This document shows, piece by piece, positions 28,286 to 37,976 of a DNA stretch of 54,240 nucleotides. The DNA comes from Kiritimatiellia bacterium. Its GTDB lineage: Bacteria > Verrucomicrobiota > Kiritimatiellia > RFP12 > JAVBOU01. Where the stretch lies: the NCBI GenBank assembly GCA_031550185.1, contig JAVBOU010000141.1, positions 1 through 54,240 of the forward strand, given 5' to 3'. Below the pieces are notes generated by a model, which saw only the letters and a list, made by a program, of their open reading frames with translations, was not told the origin of the DNA and ran no database searches. Made by a program: the position numbers and the translations under genes. Each line of letters opens with the position of its first letter. Positions within the stretch are counted from its first letter, which is position 1.

Positions 28286-31168
28286 TTATCTGAGCAAGAG
28301 GAGGGTTCCAGCAAGGCGGATGTTGGAGATGGCGATGTCGTTGGGCAGGCCGTCGTCATCGGCGATGTGGGTGTAGGTGAGGGTGCCGAGGGCGTGGCCG
28401 AAGTCGATTTTCGAACCTTCGGGAAGGTTGGCAAACTGGCCGTTGATGGCGTTAACGCCAGCGTTGTGAAGAAGAACAAGCGTGTCGCCGGGAGCAATTT
28501 TGAAACCGGGTTGCGGAGCGATGGTCAGCGCCGGATTTTGCAGGATGACACTGCACGCGGTGAGATCGTCGTTGGTGACGTAAAGCCGACCGGCATCTAC
28601 GGGACTCCAAAGGTTGAAGTGAAGCGAAGATGTGGGCGTCAGCGTCAACTTTTTCGTGTTTATGGTGAATGTGCCGCCTGTTTGCGCGGAGCCGGGTGTG
28701 ATGGAATTTGTTACGGTGCATCCCGTAGCATTGGAACCGGTGAAAAGGATGCCAAAGCCGCTGAAGGGATTCCAAACATTGAGGGATTGGTTGTGCCAGT
28801 GGAGGTTATTGCTGATTTGGGCGGTTTCCTCGAGAAACACAGGGCCGTAGCCAAGGGCGCGATCGCTCAAAATTCCGCTCAATCCGGTGCCGAAGTGAAA
28901 GGCGCTGAAAAGATTTGTGTTGTTGCCTTCGAAGTATGTGGAACCACGCGTGGACAGTGTGACGCTGGCAGGGCCGGTGATGTTTTCGATGATACGGCCA
29001 CTGCCGTCGCCCGCCAGGTCGTCAGAGGTGACAAGTGAATCGGCCTGAAGGTGAAGTCCGCCGGCAAGACGCGTGCGGGAAGAGTAGAAGATTGAGCCGC
29101 CATTCAGCACGACCGGCGTGGCGTTGACGGGACCGATTCGGACGTAAAGGCGTCCGCCAGGTTCGACGACGATAGTCGGCCGGTTGTTCTCTGTGCCAAG
29201 GTCACCGTTGATGTTGGCGGTGAAAGAATTGGTGATGTAGCCGGTGTCGCCGGCGGAGGCAGGGATGGCGGGAAACCAATAGGCGGGCTTGGACCAGTCG
29301 TAGGTGGTGGAGTCATTCCAACCGGAATTTTGCCAATACATGCTTCGGCGGGCGCTGGTGGTGAACGACGCAACCGGGCTCCACGCTTCATGCCAGTTCT
29401 CGCCGTCGTAGTTGATGGCCAGGCAGGCATAGTAATATGTGGTTTCCGGAAGGAGGCTGTAAATGGTGGTGGAGAAGGCCGCATTCTGCCCCAACATGGG
29501 AATCGTATGCGACCAGGCTTTGGTGGTGTTGGAGCCGGGGTTGAAGTCGCCCCAGCAGAAGAAGACGGTTGGCACCGGCGTGCCGGCTGTGACCTGGCCA
29601 TGAAGAATCGCAGAGTGGGCGAGAAGCTCGGTGGCGCCGCCGTTAAGATCCACCTGGGGAGGAACGTGCGCCACGGGCGTGGTGAAGCTTTTCAAGGCGA
29701 TCGAAGTGCCGTTTGGCGCGGCCGTATAGGTGATTTTTGCGGTGCGGCCGGAGCCGAGATCGACCACCGCGCCTTCGGGAAGATCGTCACCTTCAGGCGT
29801 CTTGAAAATGCCGGAAATGGGAATGGTGCTGTTGTTCTGCAAGATGACAATGGTGTCGAGCGAGCTGGCGTCATACGCGCAGGTGACATCGAGCATGGCA
29901 TTATTCAAGACAACGGCGGGATTGGCGGCTGTGGCGTTATTTCCGCTGACAACCAACAAGTCGGCGGTGGTGGCGGAGAGGAGTTGGAGCTTCAACGTGG
30001 CGTCGGCAAGCGTGACGCGTCCATTGAGGGTGAAAATGCCGGTGGAGGTCTCATTGGCGGACGGCGCCAGCGTGGCGCGCTGGAATGTGAGACGGCGGTT
30101 TTTGTTGTTGCCGACGTTGAGGGTGATGGGACCGGCGAAGGAATTCGTCATCGTCCAGTCAGCGTCCTGGGACAATGTCAAAACCGTGCCGTTGGGCGCG
30201 ATGATCGATGAGCCCGGGAGCGCATTTGGCGTGGCGAACGAGGTCCCTGGACGCCCGGAGGCGGTGGACTTGAGGGCGATGAGCCTGCCGGTCCATGCGC
30301 TGTTGTTGCCGCTGAAGACGGCGCTGCCCTCGGCAGTGGCGGCAGAGGGAAAATCCTGGCCGAGGATAATGTCATAAGATCCTGAAATGGAGCCGCTGAC
30401 ATTGGCGGGATTCCCCCAAGTCGAGGAATCAACATAGGAATCTGAGGCGAGCGTGATGGGACCGGCGAACCTTCCGCCGCCGCCATAACTCCGAATGGAA
30501 CCACTGTTCAGCGTGATGGCGTTGGTCATCGTGGCGTTGGAATCGAAAAAGCCGTTGGCGCCAACGTAAATCGCCCCACTTCCGAGGCTCGCGCTATTGG
30601 GCGTGTAAATCCGTCCGAAGATATTGACTTGGCCACTAAAGCCGGGGCTTTGCGCGCTGAGGCGAACGGTGTTGTCCATGTTGCCGCCGGTGCTGGTACC
30701 GATGAACGTAAGCGAGCCGGAGCCGCTAATAACGCTGGCACCGCCAAACCCCGCGTCACCGCCAACGCTGTAGCGGATGATGGTGTCGGCATTGACCAAA
30801 ATAGAACCGTTGAATGTGAAACTCCGTTGGAAATTCAGCTCGCCGCCGTTGAGGATGAGCGGGTTGGAAATGCTCGTGAGATTGCCGCCGCTGAGGCGCT
30901 GAAGCATGCCGCCTTCGCTGATGGTGACAACAGGCCAGCCGGTGTTAGACGAACCGATGGCGAGGTCCATTTGCGCAATGCGTCCGCTGGGAATCGTCGC
31001 GGTATCGCCCGACGTCCATTGCGCGGCGGACGGTGCGACCGGATCCCAGTTGGCGCTGGCGCTCCAATTGGCATTCTCGGCGATGAACGTGTGGTTTTCC
31101 GCCACGGCGTATGTGGACAGCGCGATGGTGATGACGAGTGAGTGGAATTTGTGCATGATGTTTTTCAA
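28286..31168 (-). CDS. Secreted passenger-like protein B2, paralog of B1/B3; tail GTLLLLR
   Basis: 960 aa (ATG 31156 is an alternative start); signal peptide; same two-module architecture; ends TYTHIADDDGLPNDIAISNIRLAGTLLLLR. Confidence 0.75.
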   Translation of the reverse strand: MKNIMHKFHSLVITIALSTYAVAENHTFIAENANWSASANWDPVAPSAAQWTSGDTATIPSGRIAQMDLAIGSSNTGWPVVTISEGGMLQRLSGGNLTSISNPLILNGGELNFQRSFTFNGSILVNADTIIRYSVGGDAGFGGASVISGSGSLTFIGTSTGGNMDNTVRLSAQSPGFSGQVNIFGRIYTPNSASLGSGAIYVGANGFFDSNATMTNAITLNSGSIRSYGGGGRFAGPITLASDSYVDSSTWGNPANVSGSISGSYDIILGQDFPSAATAEGSAVFSGNNSAWTGRLIALKSTASGRPGTSFATPNALPGSSIIAPNGTVLTLSQDADWTMTNSFAGPITLNVGNNKNRRLTFQRATLAPSANETSTGIFTLNGRVTLADATLKLQLLSATTADLLVVSGNNATAANPAVVLNNAMLDVTCAYDASSLDTIVILQNNSTIPISGIFKTPEGDDLPEGAVVDLGSGRTAKITYTAAPNGTSIALKSFTTPVAHVPPQVDLNGGATELLAHSAILHGQVTAGTPVPTVFFCWGDFNPGSNTTKAWSHTIPMLGQNAAFSTTIYSLLPETTYYYACLAINYDGENWHEAWSPVASFTTSARRSMYWQNSGWNDSTTYDWSKPAYWFPAIPASAGDTGYITNSFTANINGDLGTENNRPTIVVEPGGRLYVRIGPVNATPVVLNGGSIFYSSRTRLAGGLHLQADSLVTSDDLAGDGSGRIIENITGPASVTLSTRGSTYFEGNNTNLFSAFHFGTGLSGILSDRALGYGPVFLEETAQISNNLHWHNQSLNVWNPFSGFGILFTGSNATGCTVTNSITPGSAQTGGTFTINTKKLTLTPTSSLHFNLWSPVDAGRLYVTNDDLTACSVILQNPALTIAPQPGFKIAPGDTLVLLHNAGVNAINGQFANLPEGSKIDFGHALGTLTYTHIADDDGLPNDIAISNIRLAGTLLLLR

Positions 31169-31178
31169 GTTTTTGTGG

Positions 31179-31204
31179 CGTGGCAGAGGTCAAGCTCTGC
31201 CACG
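31179..31204. repeat. REP-like palindrome, GTGGCAGAG family
   Basis: CGTGGCAGAG-GTCAAG-CTCTGCCACG. Confidence 0.9.
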
Positions 31205-31215
31205 AGCCGGTTTTG

Positions 31216-34185
31216 TTATTTGAGGAAGAGGAGGGTTCCATCGAGGCGGATGTTGGTGATGGCGATGTCGTTGGGAAGGCCGTCGTCATCGGCGATGTGG
31301 GTGTAGGTGAGGTCGCCGGAGGCGTGGCCGAGGTTGATTTTGGCGCCTTCGGAAAGACCGGCGAATTCGCCTTGAATGGCGTTTGCGCCGATATTGTTGA
31401 CGAGTACGAAAACATCACCGGCGCGGGTTCTGAAGCCGGATTTCGGGGTGATGTTGAGGGCGGCTCCGGGGTTGATGATGATGTTGATGTTGCGGTTCGT
31501 ATAAGTGACACCGCCGGTGATGTAGGTGTTGAGCACGAGAAGACGGCCGTGGTTGGCGGCATTCCAGAGATTGACGTCGAGGCGGGCTGTTTCGGCGAAG
31601 GTGAGTTTTTCCGTGCTGACGGCCATGGTGCCGCCGGATTCAGGACTGCCGGGCATGAGGGAACTGGCGGTGGTGAAGCCGTCGTCATGCTGGCCGGTGT
31701 GGAAAATGCCGACCCCGGAGAAGGGGTTGCGCAGGTCAAGGGGGCCGCCGGCGGAGACGGCGATTTGATAACTGAACTCCGCACCTTGCCCGAGGATGAC
31801 GGAGGCGTCGCCGCCAAGGGCGAGGTGATTGTAAATGCCGCAACGCCCGGGACCGATTTGCCAGACGCCGTTGAAGCCGGGGTTGACGCCGTCCATGTAC
31901 ATCGCGCCGCGCGTCGCAAGGGTGACGCCGGCGGGCATGAAGACCTCGGAAAAGATGCGACCACTGCCGTCGTAGTTGGGGGTGGTCTGGCTGCATGTGA
32001 TGGCAGAGTCGGAGATGATGCGCAACCCGCCGGAAAGTCGCACGCGCGACTCGTAGTGAATGGCGCCGCCGTCGAGGATGAGGGGCGTCTCGTTTACCGG
32101 CCCTGCGCGGACGTAAAGGGTGCCGCCGGAGGTGGCGATGATGGTCGGGCGGTCGCCGGTCTCGCCGAGGTCGCCGTTGATGTTGGCGGTTCCGTTAGTG
32201 ACGTAGCCGTAGTAATCGGCGTTGACCGGCGGCGCGGGCGACCAATGCGCGGGGTTGCTCCAATCGCAGGCGGTGGAGTTGTTCCATGTTGGCGCGTTCC
32301 AATAAACGGCGGTCGGCGCGGGCGTGGTGAAGGAGGAGGTGGCGCTCCAGACTTCATGCGGCACGCCGTTGTCGTGGTTGTCGGCGCGGCAGGCGTAGTA
32401 ATAGGTGGTGGAGGGCTGGAGGCCGGCAATGTCCGCGTAAAACGCGCCGTCCGGCCGGTTCTTGTCAATGGTGTGCTGCCAGTCGGCGGGATCGGTGGAG
32501 CCGGGATCCTCGTTGCCCCAGCAGATGATGACGTTGGGTGCGGGCGTTCCCGCGAGGAGCTCGCCGTTGAGGGTGGCGGATTTCACGCGGATGTTGGTGG
32601 CGCCAACGCCGGTGCCAATCTGTGGCGTGGTAAATTCAATGTGGTTGACGAAGTTGTACAGCGCGATGTCGTTGCCGCCGAAGAGCTCGCTGGTGGCGGA
32701 GTTGGCGGCGTAGGCGATTTGAGCGGTGCGGAGCGGGCTGGTGCTGAGGGTGACAGCGGCGCCCTCGGCGAGTCCGGAAAAGGTGCCGGTGTTGGCGTCG
32801 TCGGCGTTGTTGACGACAAGGAAAAGGACGGCACCGGGCAAAGGGGCGTAGTCAATGGAGAGCTCCAGTCGCGTGCCATGAATTTGGAGGGTCGGCAACG
32901 CGGATCCGCCGCTGGAGGGCGCAAGGACAAGGCGGTCGTGACCCGTGTTCAGAAGGCGCATCCGCAACGTGGAGTTGGTGAGGTTGAGGCGGCCGCAGAT
33001 GGTGGTCTCGCCGGTGGTCGAAGGTGTTCCGGAGGGCGCGAGCACGGCGTTGTCCAGCGTGAGCCGGCGATACTTGTTGGCGCCGACGTTGATGGTCAGC
33101 GGCCCGATGAGGCTGTTGGTGACGATCCAGTCAATGTTGCCGTTGAACTGGATGCCGCAGGGCGTGGCGTTGAGCGAGCGGATGGCGCCGGATGGCAAGA
33201 ACTGGCTGGCGAGCGGCGCGGATACGTTGTTCGTGGCGAATTGCGTCGGGTTGCTGCTGGCGGCTGCCGTGTGGCGGAGGATGAGGTCGCCGCGCCAGCC
33301 GCGGTTGTCGCCGTAAAAGTAGACGGTGCCCTGCCCGGGTTTGCCGCTTCCGGGAAGCTCGCTGGCGCCGACAGTGATGTCGGCCTCGCCGATGATGGGG
33401 CCGTAAAACGTGAGTCGGTTGGCGGAGCCGGCGGCGTCGAGCCAGGAGTTGGCCGTGAGCGTGGTGGTTCCCCTTAGCGTGCCGTTGCCGTAGCCGCGTA
33501 ACGCGCCGCCCGCCAGCGTCAGGTCGCGCGTGACATTGATGGCGCCAATGTCGAAAAATCCGCCGGGATGAATGGTGATGGGGCCGGCGGGAATGCCGGC
33601 GGCGTCGAAGTAGACGCGTGTCTTGAGATGCAAATGCCCGGTGAATCCCGCGTTTCCGTTTGGTTCCCTGGTGGCTTGAAAGCGGATGCTGTTGTTGTCC
33701 CAGTTGCTCATGTTGCTCACGGTGCCCTGCAACGTGAGGGACTCGGATCCGTGGAAACACCCCGGCACCTTGGCGATGGCGTTGTTCTCATAGTTAAACG
33801 TGATGGTGGCGGGCCGCATGACATGCATCGCGCCATGCAAGGTCATGTTTTTGTTGAACTCAAGGGCTCCGCCGTCAAATACAAACGGCGTGAAAATTTG
33901 ATCCGTTCCGTTGCCGGGGACGCGGATCAACCCGCCATGCCCGAGCACCATCGTGGGCGCGTCATCCTGTATCCCGGGCCGCGGAGTGTTCGGGGCCGCC
34001 AGCGCGACGGCGTTGGCCACGATGCCGGTGTCGCCGTTCCGCCACTCCGAAACGGGCGTGGCGCTCAGGGGTGACCAGTTGGCCGGCACGGACCAGTTGT
34101 CATTGTCGCCGATGAACGTGTATGTCTCCGGATGCGCCAATGCCGTCAGCCAAACCGCGCTTAAAAACGTGATGATTGCTTTCAT
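31216..34185 (-). CDS. Secreted passenger-like protein B3, paralog of B1/B2; tail GTLLFLK
   Basis: Start reassigned to ATG 34185 (MKAIITFLSAVWLTALA); same architecture; ends TYTHIADDDGLPNDIAITNIRLDGTLLFLK. Confidence 0.75.
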   Translation of the reverse strand: MKAIITFLSAVWLTALAHPETYTFIGDNDNWSVPANWSPLSATPVSEWRNGDTGIVANAVALAAPNTPRPGIQDDAPTMVLGHGGLIRVPGNGTDQIFTPFVFDGGALEFNKNMTLHGAMHVMRPATITFNYENNAIAKVPGCFHGSESLTLQGTVSNMSNWDNNSIRFQATREPNGNAGFTGHLHLKTRVYFDAAGIPAGPITIHPGGFFDIGAINVTRDLTLAGGALRGYGNGTLRGTTTLTANSWLDAAGSANRLTFYGPIIGEADITVGASELPGSGKPGQGTVYFYGDNRGWRGDLILRHTAAASSNPTQFATNNVSAPLASQFLPSGAIRSLNATPCGIQFNGNIDWIVTNSLIGPLTINVGANKYRRLTLDNAVLAPSGTPSTTGETTICGRLNLTNSTLRMRLLNTGHDRLVLAPSSGGSALPTLQIHGTRLELSIDYAPLPGAVLFLVVNNADDANTGTFSGLAEGAAVTLSTSPLRTAQIAYAANSATSELFGGNDIALYNFVNHIEFTTPQIGTGVGATNIRVKSATLNGELLAGTPAPNVIICWGNEDPGSTDPADWQHTIDKNRPDGAFYADIAGLQPSTTYYYACRADNHDNGVPHEVWSATSSFTTPAPTAVYWNAPTWNNSTACDWSNPAHWSPAPPVNADYYGYVTNGTANINGDLGETGDRPTIIATSGGTLYVRAGPVNETPLILDGGAIHYESRVRLSGGLRIISDSAITCSQTTPNYDGSGRIFSEVFMPAGVTLATRGAMYMDGVNPGFNGVWQIGPGRCGIYNHLALGGDASVILGQGAEFSYQIAVSAGGPLDLRNPFSGVGIFHTGQHDDGFTTASSLMPGSPESGGTMAVSTEKLTFAETARLDVNLWNAANHGRLLVLNTYITGGVTYTNRNINIIINPGAALNITPKSGFRTRAGDVFVLVNNIGANAIQGEFAGLSEGAKINLGHASGDLTYTHIADDDGLPNDIAITNIRLDGTLLFLK

Positions 34186-34479
34186 GAACAGACTCACTGC
34201 AAAACCTGCTCCCGTGGCCGGCACGGGCATGGAGGAACTCCATCTTCCACGTTTCTCACTTATAAGATACCAGTAGAGTACAGAAACGACCGCAAAGTTT
34301 CAAGCACAAAATCACACGGAAAAAGAAATGTTTTATGCAATACATGTCTTTTATAGAGATCAACCGAGCCCTTTTTTCTTGACGGCGGGACGATTTTACC
34401 CCATGCTCGCGAAATTCTGTGGTTCCACTTTTTTTAAGCCCCGTCCGCGCGTCGCGCGAGGTGCAACAAGGAGAAAAAC

Positions 34480-35409
34480 GTGATGGACATCAAACTGACC
34501 GGGCGGGAATTTCAAGGCATGGCCGGTGCGCACGCGGCGCTGTTCACGCCGTTCACCGCGGACAACCAAGTGAACGTTGAAATGCTGGAGCGGCTGGTGG
34601 AGTTCCTGCTGGCACAGGGATTGCGCGGGTTTTATCTGACAGGCTCCACGGGCGAGGGGCTTCTGCAAAACGAAACCGAGCGCAAGCTGGTGGTCGAGAC
34701 CGTGGTGAGGGCCAACCGCGGGCGCGGCAAGGTCATGGTGCATGTCGGCTGCGTAGCGACGGACGACGCGGTGGCGCTGGCCCGCCACGCGGCGGCGTGC
34801 GGCGTGGACTGGGTGTCGTCGGTGGCGCCGGTCTACTTCGGGCAGACGTTTGAGGCGGCCAGCCGCCACTACGCGCGCATCGCCGGTGCGACGGATTTGC
34901 CATTCATGATTTATTCCATCGGCCAGGCGCTTGAGCCGGAGCGTGACGCGCGTTTCTTCGACATCCCGAACGTCAGGGGAATGAAGTATACCGGCCGCGA
35001 CTATTACGCCGTCCAATGCCTGAGACGGCGGCTCGGCCAGGAGGCGATTTTTTTCGCGGGCTGTGACGAGCAACTGCTCTGCGGGCTGGCGCTGGGCAAT
35101 GTCTTTTCCGGCGGCATCGGCACCACTTACAACATCATCCCCGCGCACTTCGCCCGCATTTGCGCGCTGGCCGCGGCAGGACGCTTCAACGAGGCGGCGC
35201 CGCTGCAGGACGAGGCAAACCGTGTGGTCGAGCTCATGATCGAGAGCGAAAACCGCTCCTACTGCAAGGCGTTCATGAAATACATTGGCCTCGACTGCGG
35301 CGCGTTTCGTCCCCCGTTCGCGCCGCTGTCCACCGATGAGTACGAGGCCTTTGCCAAACGCATCGCCGCGCAGGGAATTGTCAAGGCCGCCGCCGCGAAC
35401 CATTTCTAA
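34480..35409 (+). CDS. nanA: N-acetylneuraminate lyase-like, DHDPS/NAL family
   Basis: [17 protein letters not shown], catalytic Tyr (MIY) and Schiff-base Lys (MKYT), GGIGTTYN; AAGGAG RBS; adjacent BNR protein. Substrate assignment is less certain than family. Confidence 0.7.
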   Translation: MMDIKLTGREFQGMAGAHAALFTPFTADNQVNVEMLERLVEFLLAQGLRGFYLTGSTGEGLLQNETERKLVVETVVRANRGRGKVMVHVGCVATDDAVALARHAAACGVDWVSSVAPVYFGQTFEAASRHYARIAGATDLPFMIYSIGQALEPERDARFFDIPNVRGMKYTGRDYYAVQCLRRRLGQEAIFFAGCDEQLLCGLALGNVFSGGIGTTYNIIPAHFARICALAAAGRFNEAAPLQDEANRVVELMIESENRSYCKAFMKYIGLDCGAFRPPFAPLSTDEYEAFAKRIAAQGIVKAAAANHF

Positions 35410-35426
35410 AACCCACGAATCACCCC

Positions 35427-36506
35427 ATGCACACACTCCCCGCCACCATTGATCTTTCGCAGGACGTCCCCCGACAGACCGTCATCGCGGCCGGCACAGA
35501 GACGGTCTATCAGGGCCATCCGACAACCGTCATGCTGCCGGACGGCAGGACAATTTTTTGCGTGTGGTGCGTGAACCACGGCGGCGCGGCCGGCCCCATG
35601 GCACGCAGCGACGACGGCGGAAAAACATGGACACGGCTTGACGACATCATGCCGCCGGGTTTCAAAACGCACCAAAACTGCCCCAGCATTTACCGCCTGA
35701 TCGACCCGCGCGGCAAGGCGCGGCTGTGGGTCTGGTCCGCAGCCAGGGACACCCGCGAAGGACCACCGATGCCCGGCATCATGAGTGAGGATGACGGCCG
35801 GACATGGCACGAAATGCCGCCGCTGGGCGAGGCCTTTTTTTGCGTGATGACGTTCAGCAGCATGGTGCGCCTGCGCGACGGTTCCTATCTTGGCCTCTAT
35901 CACCGCGGCCGGAAATCCGGCGAGGACGAACGCCATCTCGGCGTCATCCAAACCATCAGCAAGGACGGCGGTTTCACGTGGTCAAAACCGCGGCCGGTCG
36001 CGTTTGTCGACGGCAAAAAAGTCTGCGAGCCTTTTGTCTTCCGCTCGCCCGGCGGCGACGAACTGTGTTGCCTGATGCGCGAAAACACCCATACCGGACG
36101 CAGCATGATGATGTTCAGCCGCGACGAGGGCGCGACATGGAGCGTCCCCGACGACACGCCATGGGGCTTGACCGGCGACCGGCACATCGGCGTCCAAACC
36201 CGCGACGGACGGCTCGTCTTCGCCTTCCGCGACCAGGCGCCGGATTCGCCGACCACCGGTCACTTCGTGGCATGGGTCGGCACCTACGACGACATCCGCC
36301 AGGGTCGACCGGGGCAATACCGCGTGAAGCTGCTGCACAACCACGCCGGCTGGGACTGCGGTTATCCCGGCGTGGAGTTGCTGCCCGACGGCACAATCGT
36401 CGCCACCACTTATCTGAAATACCGCGACGACAATTGCCGTCACTCTGTGGTCTGCACGCGCTTCACACTGGCGGAAACGGACATTTTGGCGGGACGGGTC
36501 GTCTAA
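35427..36506 (+). CDS. BNR/Asp-box repeat sialidase-family protein, cytoplasmic
   Basis: Asp boxes [32 protein letters not shown]; C-terminal DCGYP; no signal peptide. Confidence 0.8.
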   Translation: MHTLPATIDLSQDVPRQTVIAAGTETVYQGHPTTVMLPDGRTIFCVWCVNHGGAAGPMARSDDGGKTWTRLDDIMPPGFKTHQNCPSIYRLIDPRGKARLWVWSAARDTREGPPMPGIMSEDDGRTWHEMPPLGEAFFCVMTFSSMVRLRDGSYLGLYHRGRKSGEDERHLGVIQTISKDGGFTWSKPRPVAFVDGKKVCEPFVFRSPGGDELCCLMRENTHTGRSMMMFSRDEGATWSVPDDTPWGLTGDRHIGVQTRDGRLVFAFRDQAPDSPTTGHFVAWVGTYDDIRQGRPGQYRVKLLHNHAGWDCGYPGVELLPDGTIVATTYLKYRDDNCRHSVVCTRFTLAETDILAGRVV

Positions 36507-36528
36507 ACCGCCCTGTCCAAAATCCGCA

Positions 36529-36554
36529 GCGTGGCAGAGGCCGTGCCACGCCAC
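36529..36554. repeat. REP-like palindrome, GTGGCAGAG family
   Basis: GCGTGGCA-GAGGCCG-TGCCACGC-CAC. Confidence 0.8.
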
Positions 36555-36650
36555 AAGGATGTTGAGTCATGTGAAGCGACGAACGTGCAAAAGCATGGAC
36601 GTCTGGTTGAGTACATGTGTCGCATACAGGCCGATGTTGTATCTTTGCGC

Positions 36651-36680
36651 TTGACGTCGCCGGGGAATTCGTGCCATTAT
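36651..36680 (+). promoter_or_regulatory. Putative sigma70 promoter of the GntR gene
   Basis: TTGACG-18 nt-CATTAT with TG extension. Confidence 0.4.
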
Positions 36681-36691
36681 CGCGCCATACT

Positions 36692-37849
36692 ATGAAACCG
36701 ATTGTTTTTGACACGCGTTATGCGCCACGCAAGGCGTTTTTCCAGGTGCGCGACCAAATCATCGACGCGTTGACCGGAAGCGACGCGGTGTATGGCGACG
36801 CCTTTTTCTCCGAGGCGGAACTCATGGACATGACAAAGGTCAGCCGGACGACCATCCGCAAGTCGCTCGACCTGCTGGTGGCGGAAGGTTGGATCGAACG
36901 CCGCGCCGGAGTCGGCACGTTCGTCGGCGCGCGCATCAAGGCGCCACCCGCCGCAAAGAGCGCGCTGTCCGCCGCCAGAACCGGCGCGCGCGTCGCGGTT
37001 GTGCTCCACAATTTGAACAGCACGCATCCGGACTGGTTTTCGCGCGGCGTGCTCAGCGGCATGGATGACTTTGCCGCGGCGGAGGGCGTGACCATTGAAG
37101 TGCTCGGCAACCCGGTGCCGAGCATCGACGTGTGCCGCATCACGCGCCGCCTCGAACAGTCGCGCCCGAACGCCGTCGTGATGTTGCCCGCCTCCTCCTC
37201 GCAGGCGCTGCTGGCCGGCGCGATCACGGCGATGGACATCCCGTGCTTTTTTTGCGGCGCGCATTTTCTGTATTCCGGCCTGCCCACCGTATGCGAGGAC
37301 GGTCCGCAGGGGATCCGTCTGGCCGTGGATTACCTCGTGCGCCGGCGCAAGCGCAAACGCGTCGGCCTGTTGCTTGCGACGCTCGGCGCGGACTGGGTTC
37401 TGGAACGCCGTCGCGCATTTTTCGAAGCCTGCGCAAGGCACCGGCTCGCACACGACGAGGGGCTTTTGCTTTGGACGCCCTTTTCGATCCAGCAGGAACA
37501 TCTGCGCGAACAGCTTGCTTACGCCAACATCTTCCGCAACTACCTGCAGCGTTACCGGCCCGACGCGCTGATCCTCGGATGCTCCGGCCAGCATCTCAAA
37601 ACCATCCATCACGCGATGCAAAAACGCTGGCTCCGCATTCCCGAAGACGTCGAGCTCGTGGCGTTTGACCAGGATTATGCCGAGCAGGAATTTTTTCTCC
37701 ACCGCCGCATTCCAACCATTGAAGTCCCGCTTGCGCAACAATGCCAGAGCATCCTTGACATGGTCCGCCAACTTCAAAACGGCGCGGCGTTCAACATGCT
37801 TCCGCAACTCACGCGGCTTCCGTGCCGCCTCGTTTTGCCGCCCGGGTAA
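36692..37849 (+). CDS. GntR HTH + LacI-type sugar-binding domain regulator (AraR-like)
   Basis: Start reassigned to 36692; SEAEL...VSRTTIRKSLDLLVAEGWIERRAGVGTFV GntR HTH; LRIPEDVELVAFD LacI-type C-terminus. Confidence 0.85.
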   Translation: MKPIVFDTRYAPRKAFFQVRDQIIDALTGSDAVYGDAFFSEAELMDMTKVSRTTIRKSLDLLVAEGWIERRAGVGTFVGARIKAPPAAKSALSAARTGARVAVVLHNLNSTHPDWFSRGVLSGMDDFAAAEGVTIEVLGNPVPSIDVCRITRRLEQSRPNAVVMLPASSSQALLAGAITAMDIPCFFCGAHFLYSGLPTVCEDGPQGIRLAVDYLVRRRKRKRVGLLLATLGADWVLERRRAFFEACARHRLAHDEGLLLWTPFSIQQEHLREQLAYANIFRNYLQRYRPDALILGCSGQHLKTIHHAMQKRWLRIPEDVELVAFDQDYAEQEFFLHRRIPTIEVPLAQQCQSILDMVRQLQNGAAFNMLPQLTRLPCRLVLPPG

Positions 37850-37855
37850 ACACCC

Positions 37856-37893
37856 GGCGTGGCGTGGCGTGGCAGCGGCCGTGCCACGCCACG
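37856..37893. repeat. REP-like palindrome with expanded GGCGT pentamers
   Basis: GGCGTGGCGTGGCGTGGCA-GCGGCCG-TGCCACGCCACG. Confidence 0.85.
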
Positions 37894-37908
37894 AAAAGCG
37901 TTGCACGA

Positions 37909-37937
37909 TTGTTTGCAGAGCGAAATTGGGGTACAAT
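37909..37937 (+). promoter_or_regulatory. Putative sigma70 promoter of the GH116 gene
   Basis: TTGTTT-17 nt-TACAAT, 40 nt upstream of the ATG. Confidence 0.45.
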
Positions 37938-37976
37938 TCGTTCTTTCTTTTGTCACACTCACACCGGGATTTTATC

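Noticed and set aside
149-33477. Long plus-strand ORFs such as 149..1912, 12694..14997, 24686..26356, 26690..28234 and 31180..33477
   Set aside because: Antisense shadows of well-supported minus-strand genes, expected from stop-codon scarcity in high-GC DNA; no recognisable motifs
4133-34185. Frequent TN/SN dipeptides in secreted proteins as a glycosylation signal
   Set aside because: A rough count in the 4133 protein is near what its high S, T and N content predicts; needs a proper enrichment test
34231-34479. AT-rich divergent intergenic region as an sRNA or riboswitch
   Set aside because: No recognisable conserved structure; consistent with ordinary divergent promoters that I cannot place confidently
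37665-37976. N-terminal extension of the GH116 ORF
   Set aside because: Overlaps the GntR gene, a REP and the promoter; family homology starts at MTYEG (37977)
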